In this document: one piece after another, positions 13,159-23,225 of the stretch
Position numbering within the stretch: the first letter of the stretch is position 1
How the letters are laid out: the number at the start of each line of letters is the position of its first letter
Origin: Planktothrix sp. GU0601_MAG3
GTDB lineage: Bacteria; Cyanobacteriota; Cyanobacteriia; Cyanobacteriales; Microcoleaceae
Reading direction: 5' to 3'
Assembly: GCA_035193785.1 (NCBI GenBank)
Contig: CP136572.1
Location: forward strand, 2,036,578 to 2,100,577
Length of the DNA stretch: 64,000 nucleotides
Position numbers and translations under genes: made by a program
Notes under the pieces: generated by a model
The model's database searches: none
What the model saw: the letters and a program-made list of their open reading frames with translations, nothing else
Told to the model about the DNA's origin: nothing

Positions 13159-15986
13159 ATGAATAACGATCGCCCTAACAAACCCCAAAAAACTCGACAA
13201 ATTCCCCTGAGACTATTACTAATTATACCCTTTGTCGTGCAAATTGTGGGCGCGGTAGGATTAGTTGGTTTTCTCTCCTATCGCAGTGGACAAGAAGCGG
13301 TGGAAGATATTGCAACATCTTTGATGTCAGAAATCGGCGATCGCATTGAACAAAGCTTAAACAGCTATCTCAGAGCACCTGAAACAACTTACTCAAACTA
13401 ATGCCTCCCTCATCCGTCAAGGAATTTTAGATTACCAAAATTTACCAGCCCTACGAACACACTTTGCCCAGCAATTGCAAATTTTTCCTAGTGTCAGTAA
13501 TGCGTTTCTTTCTAATGAAAGAAAAGATTTTATATCAGTTTCACGATCTGCATCTGATCAGCTTACCGTTAGAATTTTAGATGCTTCAAAAAGTAAAAAT
13601 TTCTATCGTTACCTAGCAGATATCACAGGTCAAACCCATGATTTACTGGATATTAGGACTGACTATAATCCTCATAATGACCCCCCTGGGGGGAAGCCTT
13701 GGTATAGTGTTGCAAAGGAAGCGAAGACGGGAAATTGGAATATTGTGGTCAGCTTAGCACGGGGAAAAGATCACCCACTTCTGCTTTCAGCTTATTATTT
13801 GCCATTTAAAGATGTACAGGGAAAATTTCAAGGGGTACTTGTTTCTGGTCTATATTTAACTCAGTTTGGAGACTTTCTTAAAGGTCTAAAATTTGGCAAC
13901 ACAGGGCAAGCATTTTTAATAGATAAACAAGGACAAATGATTGCTAATTCTATTAATGAAGTACCATTTATAACTACCGCTAAAAGTAAATTATCTCAAA
14001 ATGTTAATGCTAGTTCCCGCCGATTAAAAGCAACAGATAGTAAAAATAAAATCACTCGCTTAACCTCCCAATATTTAACAGATAACTTTCAACTAGAAAG
14101 TATTCAAAACATTCAAAAACTTAATTTATCATTGGATGGTCAGAAATATTTTGTGCAGGTTCTTCCAGTCAGCAAACAAAATTTAAACTGGTTAACAGTT
14201 ATTGTCATTCCTGAATCTGACTTCATGGAACATATTCAGGAAAATGCCCATTTGACGATTGCATTGTGTGGTCTAACTCTTGTTGTTGCCATAATAATTG
14301 GTATTCTCACTGCTCAATGGATTACTAAACCAATTTTACGATTAAATCAAGCAAGTCAGGCTTTAGCATTAGGTGAATGGCAAAATTATGACCAAGAAAA
14401 TGATCTAATAGGAACCAAACGTATTACAGAAATATCAACTCTTGCCAATTCTTTTAATGCTATGGCTCATCAGTTAAAAAATGCTTTTGAAAATTTAGAA
14501 AATCGAGTGAAAGAACGTACAGCAGAGTTAGTTATTGCCAAGGAAAAAGCGGAAGTAGCTAATCAAGCCAAAAGTGCCTTTATTGCGAATATGAGCCATG
14601 AATTGCGAAGTCCATTAAATGCAATTATTGGTTTTTCTCAGTTAATGTTACGCACTAAAAATCTACCTTCTGAACAATACGAAAATGCGGGAATTATTCA
14701 ACGAAGTGGTGATTATTTATTAACTTTAATTAATAATGTCTTAGATTTTGCAAAAATTGAAGCCCAAAAAACTACTTTAAATCAAAAGGATATTGATCTA
14801 GATCAATTATTAGATGATTTAGAAGATATGTTACATTTAAGGGCGTTTAATGCGGGATTAGAATTAATATTTGATCGGGGTGAAAATTTACCCCGTTATA
14901 TTTATGCTGATGGGGTGAAATTACGTCAAATTTTACTAAATTTATTGGGTAATGCCATTAAATTTACTGAGAAAGGTGAAGTAATTTTAAGTATTAGATA
15001 CGATTCATCATTGACAACAGATGTAGGGTTGAACGGCCTACCCCTACAATTCACTATCAAAGATACAGGAAAGGGGATTTCTCAGGAGGAATTAAGCAAG
15101 TTATTTGAGGCATTTTCTCAAACAGAATCAGGGCGAGAAGCTCAAGAAGGAACAGGATTAGGATTAGCGATTAGTCGTCAATTTGTGCAGTTAATGGGGG
15201 GAGATATTACGGTAGAGAGTGAACTGGGAAAAGGAACAACTTTTGAATTTTCAATTAACGTAAAATCGGGAAAAGAAATTGATAATAATAGTAATATTTC
15301 ACGACAAAAAATATTAGAATTAGCACCGGAACAGCCGACTTATCAAATATTAGTGGTAGATGATAAAGCGATTAATTGCCAATTATTAATAAAATTACTT
15401 TCCCCTTTAGGATTTGAGGTGAAAGAAGCAAGTAATGGACAAGAAGCGATCGCCATTTGGGAAGAATGGCAACCCCATTTAATCTTTATGGATATGAGAA
15501 TGCCCGTTATGGATGGTTATGAAGCGACTAAATATATTAAATCTACCACAAAAGGCAATGCTACGGCGATTATTGCTTTAACAGCGAGTGTTTTAGAAGA
15601 AGAAAAAGCGATTACTTTATCAGCAGGATGTGATGATTTTATGCGTAAACCCTTTAAAGAATCTACAATTTTTGCAGTATTAACTAAATATTTAGGAGTC
15701 AAATATATTTATGAAACTATGACAAATGGCAATAGTCAAACAGGAGGAATAATTAATGAATTACCCCAACTAACGACAGAACAATTCCAAATCATGTCCC
15801 AAGAATGGCGGCTGAGATTATATCAAGCAGTTTCTGGAAGCAGATGAGCAGCAAATTATGAGATTAATCCCAGAAATTCCCGAAACCGAAGCCTCTTTTG
15901 CTAAAGGTTTGACTAAACTGGTGCGTCAATTTCAATTTGAGCAAATTATTGATTTAATGGAACCTCTGATTGGGGATTATAATTAA
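13159..15986 (+). CDS. Hybrid sensor histidine kinase/response regulator, copy 3 (apparent frameshifts at ~13381 and ~15830)
   Basis: Sensor region resembles copy 1; distinct C-terminal tail; corrected frame ends ...EPLIGDYN* at 15986. Confidence 0.9.
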
Positions 15987-16008
15987 TTAGAGTGTATTTT
16001 CATCGGGA

Positions 16009-16032
16009 TGTATTAGAAAAATTGCGCGGTGG
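16009..16032 (+). repeat. Direct repeat, right copy (orphan duplicate of the acsA 3' end), followed by a diverged copy of the acsA downstream hairpin
   Basis: 24-bp exact match to 5679-5702; ttccaggtttaacctgggattttt (~16075-16098) resembles ttccctggtaaaccggggattttt (~5808-5832). Confidence 0.85.
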
Positions 16033-16223
16033 TGGGTAGTTAGTTATCAGTTATGAGTGTTAATACTGCTATATTTCCAGGTTTAACCTGGGATTTTTTG
16101 TAGAATAATGGGCTACTGCTTTAATGTGTTTAAGGTGTTTATTAACGGTGCACATTTTAGAACCTAAAACCTTAGTACAATCAAGTCAAGAGTATCAGAA
16201 TCAATAATTTTATTGTTCATCTC

Positions 16224-17411
16224 CTAAATTCGGGCTAACCATTTTTCTAAAGATAAATCAATTAAGTTGTTCAGAGATTTATAAGGAGATTTCTCTAATT
16301 CTCTTTCTATACCTGTCTTTTCTTTGATTATTTTAATATCAAGTTCAATGAGTTTCATTTCTTCATAAGTAACAGGTTTAAAGGTCATAATTTTTTTGTG
16401 AATTATATTAGTTTGGTTAACATAATTATTGGTATCTTTTTGAGAACATTGTAGATGAATGCTATATCTATAATTTCCATGATAGTAGTAACAATAACTA
16501 AAAAATCTATTTTCTTGAGGCTGATATCCATTTTCTACTTTTTCAAATAAGTTTTTTATTAATCTTTTTCTTTGATTAATCTCAGTCCCCATACCACTCG
16601 CAACATAACCCTCAATTAATGCTTTTTCATTCCAATCTGTCCAAATTCTACCTCGACTGATTCTATCGCTTTCTCCACATTTTAAAGGAATCCACAAAAA
16701 CAAGATTATATCTCCTTGAGGAACACGGCAAAATTCAGCACAATATTTACTGGTTTTACCATTTCCATTTCCATATAAAATACTTCCTGCGCTGGAAAAT
16801 TCCTGCATTCTTTTGTCAAAACTTAGTAACTTTTGTCGAATTTCTAAGATTTTATTTTTTTGCTGTTCATCACTATTTTTAATCAGCTTAAAAAAGCTTT
16901 GAGATGGACTAGGGATGTCAGAAAAATTGGGTTCTTGATACGGAACTTTAACCGATGATAGAGTTTGAGTATCAATATCTTTTAAATTCAAATAAAAGTG
17001 ATCAGCGTTTTGAATAACTGCAAACTGTAAAAACTGAAACTCTAGTTTATGATACTTTCGATCCGTTAAATTATCTCGATGAAATGAAGGCGCGATCGCT
17101 ATTAACTGAACAGGTTTATAATAATCAACGATTTGAGCATAAGGTTTTTCTTCTAATACAGCATCATAATAACGAGTTAACTGTTGAACAATTCCCCGAT
17201 CTTCAACATTTTTTAATTCTAATATGACTAATCGTTGATCAGCATCAACCGCCAACAAATCACAGCGTTGACCCTGTACAATATATTGACGATGTAAAAC
17301 AGTTAAACTGAAAACAGGTTGTAAATGAATAAATAGAAAATCCTCTAAGGTTTCCTCTGTTTCAAATTCCCATCGAGTTCCCGTTTTTCGTAAGTTGAAA
17401 TAATTTAACAT
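16224..17411 (-). CDS. NucS/DUF91-like PD-(D/E)XK endonuclease-domain protein
   Basis: FETEETLEDFL...RCDLLAVD...LVILELK...QQLTRYY motif series; likely start at ATG 17411 (MLNYFNLRK). Confidence 0.75.
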   Translation of the reverse strand: MLNYFNLRKTGTRWEFETEETLEDFLFIHLQPVFSLTVLHRQYIVQGQRCDLLAVDADQRLVILELKNVEDRGIVQQLTRYYDAVLEEKPYAQIVDYYKPVQLIAIAPSFHRDNLTDRKYHKLEFQFLQFAVIQNADHFYLNLKDIDTQTLSSVKVPYQEPNFSDIPSPSQSFFKLIKNSDEQQKNKILEIRQKLLSFDKRMQEFSSAGSILYGNGNGKTSKYCAEFCRVPQGDIILFLWIPLKCGESDRISRGRIWTDWNEKALIEGYVASGMGTEINQRKRLIKNLFEKVENGYQPQENRFFSYCYYYHGNYRYSIHLQCSQKDTNNYVNQTNIIHKKIMTFKPVTYEEMKLIELDIKIIKEKTGIERELEKSPYKSLNNLIDLSLEKWLARI

Positions 17412-17516
17412 TGTTCTGGATGTAATTTTAAATAAATATGGTATTATGGCGACGACGATTAATGCCAGTACCAAGATAAATTGTATCATTTATAACTGAA
17501 AGGAAAATCAAATATT

Positions 17517-18468
17517 GTGGGAACTCGGATTAAGAACTTACAAGTCACAAGGGTCGTGGATGGGGACACAATTAAAGTGTTACTCAATGATAAACGAGAA
17601 TTTTTAAGACTTGATTGTGTGGACACCGAAGAAATACTAAACCATGATTCTAAACCCCGCACCAATGCGGGAATTGCGGCGGCGGAAATGGCGGCACAAT
17701 ATTTTACCAATGAACATGGTTTTTTAACCAAAGTTGATATTGAATTTGATGGCAATGAAACCCGTAGAACTCTGTTTAGAAAAATATCGAGATCATCACG
17801 GGCGATTAATTTGTTGTGTTCATAAACATGGAGAAAATTATAATGTAAAATTAATTAAGGAAGGTTGGAGTCCCTATTTTATTAAATATGGAGCATCCCA
17901 ATTATATCATCAAGAAATGATGCTGGCTGAAGCGGAAGCCCAAGCCCATAATCGCATTATTTGGAATCGTCAAACCAACGAAAGTAGCGCCTTTAGAAAC
18001 TATACAATTCTCATGCCTTGGTGGTCATTACGGGCCTCGATTGTGGATGATTTTCGTCGCTATGGACAACCGAATGGCGTGTTATCTGTTCGTTTAGATT
18101 ATCCTAAAATATTATTAGCCGCGATGAAGCAACAACCCATTACTATTTTCTGTGATTTACAGGAGGGAATTACTAAATGGATTGGGAATAGTGCAATTAT
18201 TCATACGGGAACAAAAGACCGGAGTTTGAAATTATGGATTCCTGAAGCTAGTGATAATAAATATGCTCCTATCGTGCATTTAATTAATAAACGATATACG
18301 GGGTTAGGACGGGGCTATGTTTATATTAGTGGACAGGTGACCATGTACCGAGATAAACCCGAAATCACCTTAACCAGTTTGCAACAATTATCGGATTTTT
18401 GCCCGATTTTTTTAGGAGCAAGTTCGATATATTCCCCAGCTTTAACGTATAATAATACTCAGAAATAA
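17517..18468 (+). CDS. Thermonuclease (SNase-like) family protein with C-terminal OB-like extension (apparent frameshift at ~17757)
   Basis: VTRVVDGDTIKV, LRLDCVDTEE, DHHGRLIC, NVKLIKEG and EAEAQ...IW motifs. Confidence 0.85.
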
Positions 18469-18481
18469 TTAGGATATTATC

Positions 18482-19063
18482 ATGGCAAATTCTCCCAAAA
18501 TTCTCGCCTTTGCTGGCAGTGCAAAGGAAACTTCCTTTAATAAAAAGTTAGTCCAAATTGCCGCCGCCGGAGCCAAAACAGCCGGGGCGGAAGTCACCTA
18601 TATTGATTTACGCGATTTCCCGATGCCCTTATTTGATGAAGATTTAGAAGCCCAACAGGGAATTCCGGTGGCCGTTCGTGAATTTAAAGATTTAATGGTA
18701 GCCCATCAAGGCTTATTAATTGCTTGTCCTGAGTATAATAGTTCGATTACACCGTTATTAAAAAATGCCATTGATTGGGCATCCCGTCCCGAACCCAATT
18801 TATCGGGATTAGCCTGTTTTAATAATAAAATTGCAGCAATTATGAGCGCCTCCCCCGGAGGATTTGGAGGAATGCGCGGGTTAGTTCATGTTCGCGCTAT
18901 TTTAGAAAGTATTGGGGTGTTAGTTATTCCTCAACAACGGTCTATTTCCCAAGCCTTTGAAGCCTTTAATTCAGATGGAATCTTAAAAGATCCCAAACAA
19001 CAGCAGGATGTAGAAAGTTTAGGAGCAAAAGTTACCAATTTATTAATCAAACTTTCCTCTTAA
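18482..19063 (+). CDS. NADPH-dependent FMN reductase
   Basis: AGS...SFN, PEYNSSI, LKNAIDWASR and SPGGFGG motifs. Confidence 0.9.
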   Translation: MANSPKILAFAGSAKETSFNKKLVQIAAAGAKTAGAEVTYIDLRDFPMPLFDEDLEAQQGIPVAVREFKDLMVAHQGLLIACPEYNSSITPLLKNAIDWASRPEPNLSGLACFNNKIAAIMSASPGGFGGMRGLVHVRAILESIGVLVIPQQRSISQAFEAFNSDGILKDPKQQQDVESLGAKVTNLLIKLSS

Positions 19064-19065
19064 AT

Positions 19066-19200
19066 ATTACCCATTACCCCTTCGTAATTCGTAATTCGTA
19101 ATTCGTAATTCGTAATTACCCATTCCCCATTCCCCATTACCCATTACCCATTACCCATTACCCATTACCCATTACCCATTACCCATTACCCATTACCCCT
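19066..19200. repeat. STRR heptamer arrays (TTCGTAA x5; CCCATTA/CCCATTC ~x11)
   Basis: Tandem heptamers read directly. Confidence 0.95.
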
Positions 19201-19210
19201 TCCCTAATCT

Positions 19211-19714
19211 ATGGCTACTTTTCCAGAAGGATTTCCACCACCCACTCCCGTCGGAGTAATTGAAGTTAAACAATATCCCGCCTATCGAGGAGTAACCTAT
19301 GTTCATCAAGGGGATTTAACTCAAGCCACTCGCCAGGCATTTAATCCCCTATTTCAACATATTAGTAGTAATAATATTGCCATGACAACTCCGGTGGAAG
19401 CTCGGTATTTACAAGCATCTGATTGTCAGAATCAAGCCGAGGTTTCTTTCCTTTATTCCCATCCTGAAATCACCCCTCAACAAATACAATCCGATGTCAA
19501 TATAACGGATACTCCGACCATGAAAGTCCTGAGTATTGGCATTCAAGGAGCTTATACTTGGGAGAGTTATCAAGTTCATTTACAACGGTTAAAAAACTGG
19601 TTAAAACAACATCCCGAATATGAAATTGTGGGTTCTCCCAGACGGTTGTTTTATAATTCTCCCATGACCCCTGAGAACCTCAAATATAGTGAAGTACAAA
19701 TTCCGATAAATTAA
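19211..19714 (+). CDS. SOUL-family heme-binding protein
   Basis: IEVKQYP, FNPLFQHI..NNIAMTTPVE and FYNSPMTP motifs. Confidence 0.8.
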   Translation: MATFPEGFPPPTPVGVIEVKQYPAYRGVTYVHQGDLTQATRQAFNPLFQHISSNNIAMTTPVEARYLQASDCQNQAEVSFLYSHPEITPQQIQSDVNITDTPTMKVLSIGIQGAYTWESYQVHLQRLKNWLKQHPEYEIVGSPRRLFYNSPMTPENLKYSEVQIPIN

Positions 19715-19748
19715 TCAAAATTCGATTAATTTATCCTAATCTAAAACC

Positions 19749-20165
19749 TTATTTTTGGTCAGAAATAGAGAGCCGATAAGGATTTTGACCCTGTTGACGA
19801 TCGCCGATATAAATGTTATAATTGCCGGGAGTTCCGTAACCCGAATATTGTAAAACACCGCTATTGGCAGAACCTTCGGGTAACATACAATAACGTCCGG
19901 TGGGGCCATCAACTAATAAGGTCGGTGAGCCGGATGTAGTTACCATAATTCGCCAATAGGGTAAATCATCGGTAATTTCAATAACATGGTTTGGGGTTTG
20001 AGCAATAAACCCGCAGTCCTGACTATTCACAGGCCCTCCAGAGCTTCCTGAGAGGGAAAGAGAACCCCCCGGGCTGATTTGTTGACGGTCGGCCCAAGCG
20101 TTGGGTGCAAAGGCTAAAACCAAGCTGAAAACCCATCCCATCAAGGTTAAATGGCGTAATTTCAT
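19749..20165 (-). CDS. Secreted hypothetical protein
   Basis: Signal peptide ending PNAWA; CGFI...PNH and PTLLVDGP motifs of a small beta-sandwich family. Confidence 0.7.
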   Translation of the reverse strand: MKLRHLTLMGWVFSLVLAFAPNAWADRQQISPGGSLSLSGSSGGPVNSQDCGFIAQTPNHVIEITDDLPYWRIMVTTSGSPTLLVDGPTGRYCMLPEGSANSGVLQYSGYGTPGNYNIYIGDRQQGQNPYRLSISDQK

Positions 20166-20289
20166 TTTAAGTTTCTCCTACAGTTAGTGCACTCCATTCA
20201 AACTATACTGACGGAAAATTAGACTTACAGGTTCGTTTTTTCAATCTTTGAGGGATAATCAATACTGTGCCATTAAAGTAGGGATTGTT

Positions 20290-20562
20290 GTGACCCATCA
20301 CTACCAAGCTAGAATTTATATTACTCTCCGTCCTTCTGTTCTTGATCCTCAAGGCGTGGCGGTGAAATCTGGTATTCAACATTTGGGATATGACAATGTT
20401 GAACAGGTGCGGATTGGTAAATATATTGAAATGACCCTTTCAGCAACGGATGAAACCGAAGCAAAAAGTCAACTTGATCAGATTTGCGATCAAGTATTAG
20501 CAAATCCGGTGATTGAAACCTATCGATTTGATCTAACGGAAGTTGCGGCCGTTACTCATTAA
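20290..20562 (+). CDS. purS: Phosphoribosylformylglycinamidine synthase subunit PurS
   Basis: VLDPQG, VRIGKY and LANPVIE motifs; upstream of purQ. Confidence 0.95.
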   Translation: MTHHYQARIYITLRPSVLDPQGVAVKSGIQHLGYDNVEQVRIGKYIEMTLSATDETEAKSQLDQICDQVLANPVIETYRFDLTEVAAVTH

Positions 20563-20612
20563 TTTGATGAACAGTTGGGTTGATCAAAAATGAACTAAAA
20601 ACCTTTTTTGAT

Positions 20613-20713
20613 AGGACTTACGCAGAAACCGGGTTTCTGAACGAGAAATCACCGATTTCATCCGCAAAATCATGGCTAGAAACCCGGTTTCTTTGGTCTT
20701 GTGCGTAAGTCCT
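20613..20713. mobile_element. 101-bp miniature inverted-repeat element (AGGACTTACGCA...TGCGTAAGTCCT) containing AGAAACCGGGTTTCT/AGAAACCCGGTTTCT palindromes
   Basis: 12-bp perfect terminal inverted repeats; same termini at 50335 and 50676. Confidence 0.75.
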
Positions 20714-20759
20714 GTTTGATCAACTTGTTTCTATTGATAATCTACTAGATTAATACATT

Positions 20760-21437
20760 ATGAAATTTGGAGTTATTGTGTTTCCGGGTTCTAATTGCGA
20801 TCGAGATGTGGCTTGGGTAACTCAAGGATTATTGGGGCAACCAACCCGGATGATTTGGCATGAAGATACGGATTTATCGGATATTGATGTGGTGATCATT
20901 CCAGGGGGTTTTAGTTACGGGGATTACCTGCGCTGTGGGGCGATCGCGCGGTTTTCTCCAATCATGCGTTCCACCATTGAACACGCCAACCAAGGGAAAT
21001 TTGTTCTGGGAATTTGTAACGGATTTCAGGTATTAACTGAAGCGGGATTATTACCTGGGGCGTTAGTTAGAAATCGGGATTTACACTTTATTTGTGAGTC
21101 TGCTCCTTTAACAGTAATTAATAGTAATATTCCCTGGACTTCTGAATATCAAGTCGGGGAAGTGATTAATTTACCCATTGCCCACGGGGAAGGCTGTTAT
21201 TATGCTGATGAAAAAACCCTAGAAGAATTAGAAGCAAATCACCAAGTTTTATTCCGTTATGGAACCGATAAAACCCCGAAACCCGAAGAAAATCCTAATG
21301 GATCTTTAAATAATATTGCGGGAATTTGTAACCGTCAAGGCAACGTTTTAGGCATGATGCCCCATCCCGAAAGAGCCTCCGATCCCATGTTAGGAAATAC
21401 CGACGGGATTAAACTGTTTAAAACCTTATTATCTTAG
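20760..21437 (+). CDS. purQ: Phosphoribosylformylglycinamidine synthase subunit PurQ
   Basis: [25 protein letters not shown] and GMMPHPER motifs. Confidence 0.97.
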   Translation: MKFGVIVFPGSNCDRDVAWVTQGLLGQPTRMIWHEDTDLSDIDVVIIPGGFSYGDYLRCGAIARFSPIMRSTIEHANQGKFVLGICNGFQVLTEAGLLPGALVRNRDLHFICESAPLTVINSNIPWTSEYQVGEVINLPIAHGEGCYYADEKTLEELEANHQVLFRYGTDKTPKPEENPNGSLNNIAGICNRQGNVLGMMPHPERASDPMLGNTDGIKLFKTLLS

Positions 21438-21514
21438 CCTATAGTCCCATTCTCCACCCGTTAAAAAACCGGGTATCTAAACTTCAGAACCCGGTATTTA
21501 TAATGCCCTAAATC

Positions 21515-21918
21515 CTAATTTTCCAGGGTTTTTGCACTTTGACCAAAGAGGATTTTTTTAACTTCATCGGTCATTTTTGTCCCGGAAGCATAGGTTTTTC
21601 CTTTTTCGTAAGCCCGTACCACCGCCGGACGGGATTGAATCCGATTAAACCAAGCTTTTAAATGGGGAAAATCCTCTAAATTTTGCTGTTGTTGTTCAAA
21701 GGGAACAATCCAAGGATAACAAGCCATATCGGCAATTGAGTATTGTCCTGCAATATAATCTTGTCCGGCTAATTGACGATTTAAAACCCCATATAAACGA
21801 TTGGTTTCTTTGACATAACGGTCAATGGCATAGGGAATTTTTTCCGGTGCATACTGAACAAAATGATGGTTTTGTCCTGCCATCGGCCCTAATCCTCCAA
21901 CCTGCCAGAATAACCACT
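21515..21918 (-). pseudogene. Glutathione S-transferase (YfcG/YghU-like), 3' part, interrupted by IS
   Basis: WLFWQVGGLGPMAGQNHHF...YSIADMACYPW...RPAV. Confidence 0.9.
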
Positions 21919-22050
21919 GTGAACTACCTACACCGCCCTAATCGGGTCGGTATAGGATCAGCGAATTCACAGACCGATGCCCCTTACTTTTACAAGCAGG
22001 TGGACTTACACAGCCTCCATCGGCAAAGACGGGGTTCCCTCCGCCTTCAG
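21919..22050 (-). ncRNA. Predicted omega/reRNA scaffold region (tnpB 3' end plus IS right end)
   Basis: Position inferred from known TnpB loci; the remnant tnpB tail and right-end hairpin are present; boundaries are approximate. Confidence 0.45.
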
Positions 22051-22662
22051 TATAAATGTTTAGGGTTGGCGTATTTAGTTGCACTCTCTCCATTGTGAAT
22101 AATTGCAAAATCTTTCAACCCCAAATCAATCCCAATAATGTTGTCTCCCGACTGTTTAACGTCAGTTTCCTTCTACCTCACATAAGAGGGAAGCAAAGTA
22201 TTTATCAGTCGAAGTCTTGGAGATTGTTACTGTTTTAATTTTTCCCGTAATCTCTCGGTGAAATATTGCTTTAATTTCACCAATCTTAGGGACTTTTAGA
22301 TATTCACCGTTAACAGTAACACTTTGAGGATACTGAATTGATTGCTTGTGATGTTTAGATTTGAAATTAGGAAATTTAGCTCGTCCCTCAAAAAAGTTTT
22401 TGTAAGCTCTATCTAAGTTTATAGCTACACATTGGAGAACCGATGAGTAGCAATCTTCTTTAAGCCAAGGATATTCTTTTTTGAGTTGAGGGAGTATTCC
22501 TTTATAAGATGCTAATTTTAGGCTTTTGCCAGTTTCTTGATAGTGCTGAATACAGGCATTTAAGGCAAAATTCCAATACCATCTTGCACAACCATAAGAC
22601 TTGGCTAACGCCAATTCCTGTTCGGCTGTTGGATAGAGTCTAACCTTGGTAACCTTCAGCAC
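22047..22662 (-). pseudogene. tnpB: TnpB, internally deleted (~204 aa after correcting the GAAAC shift at ~22165)
   Basis: KVRLYPT, GCARWYWN, FFEGRAKFPNFK and IIGIDLGLKDFA (RuvC-I), then NPKHLY*; RuvC-II, zinc finger and RuvC-III are absent. Confidence 0.88.
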
Positions 22663-22740
22663 TTTGAATCACCTCCTCGGTCGGGTGTTCTGATTTTGCT
22701 ATACACTGACTATAGCACAAGTTTTAAAATGTGGGGAATC

Positions 22741-23160
22741 ATGAAAAATGATTTTGTCAGCAAAGGTAGATCTGTTAGCGATCTAAAGGTTCACTTGGTT
22801 TTGACGACCAAATACAGACGGAGGGTTTTTACTCTTGAAATGCTGAATCGGCTGCATGAAATCCTTGAAGAATTACTCCAAAAGTGGGATTGTAAATTAA
22901 TTGAGTTTAATGGTGAAGATGATCATGTTCATCTTCTTTTTCAATACCATCCAGATATCGCTCTGAGTAATTTAGTTAACAACCTCAAATCCGTGACATC
23001 TCGAAAACTCAGGCAAGAATTCTCTGATTATTTAAGTTCTTTTTACTGGAAAGATGTTTTTTGGAATGGTTCTTATTTTGTTGCAAGTTGCGGTGGAATA
23101 ACTATTTCAACCCTGAGACGATATATCGAGAATCAAAATCAACCTGATTGTTTCCGATAA
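22741..23160 (+). CDS. tnpA: IS200/IS605 Y1 (HUH) transposase
   Basis: HLVLTTKYRR, EDDHVHLL (HUH), FWNGSYF and RYIENQ (catalytic Tyr) motifs. Confidence 0.95.
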   Translation: MKNDFVSKGRSVSDLKVHLVLTTKYRRRVFTLEMLNRLHEILEELLQKWDCKLIEFNGEDDHVHLLFQYHPDIALSNLVNNLKSVTSRKLRQEFSDYLSSFYWKDVFWNGSYFVASCGGITISTLRRYIENQNQPDCFR

Positions 23161-23225
23161 TCCCTGACCGCAATTCATCCCACGCTGCCCTATCGGGTCA
23201 GTCGTGGGGCTTCGGCGCGAAGAAG

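Larger units (their letters stand above)
21919..23225 (-). mobile_element. IS200/IS605-family element (1307 bp), tnpA and tnpB divergent
   Basis: Inserted 3' of TTTAG with no target duplication; related subterminal hairpins (CCCACG-ACTGACCCGATAGGGCAG-CGTGGG and CCTATACCG-ACCCGATTAGGG-CGGTGTAGG); right end TTCAC; removal restores KTVLEWLFWQ. Confidence 0.93.

Noticed and set aside
6161..13385. Identical frameshift in kinase copies 1 and 3 as a programmed or inherited frameshift
   Set aside because: Both are the same GAAC to GAAAC error seen throughout the window, with no slippery heptamer or stimulatory structure evident.
5936..15986. Diversity-generating retroelement acting on the kinase repeats
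   Set aside because: No reverse transcriptase in the window, and differences between the 3' relics and the genes are not confined to adenines.
19066..19200. Heptamer arrays as a novel or telomere-like repeat
   Set aside because: Ordinary STRR repeats typical of filamentous cyanobacteria.
21919..23225. IStron (self-splicing intron-IS hybrid) allowing GST expression
   Set aside because: The left end runs within ~65 bp into the tnpA stop codon, leaving no room for a group I intron core.
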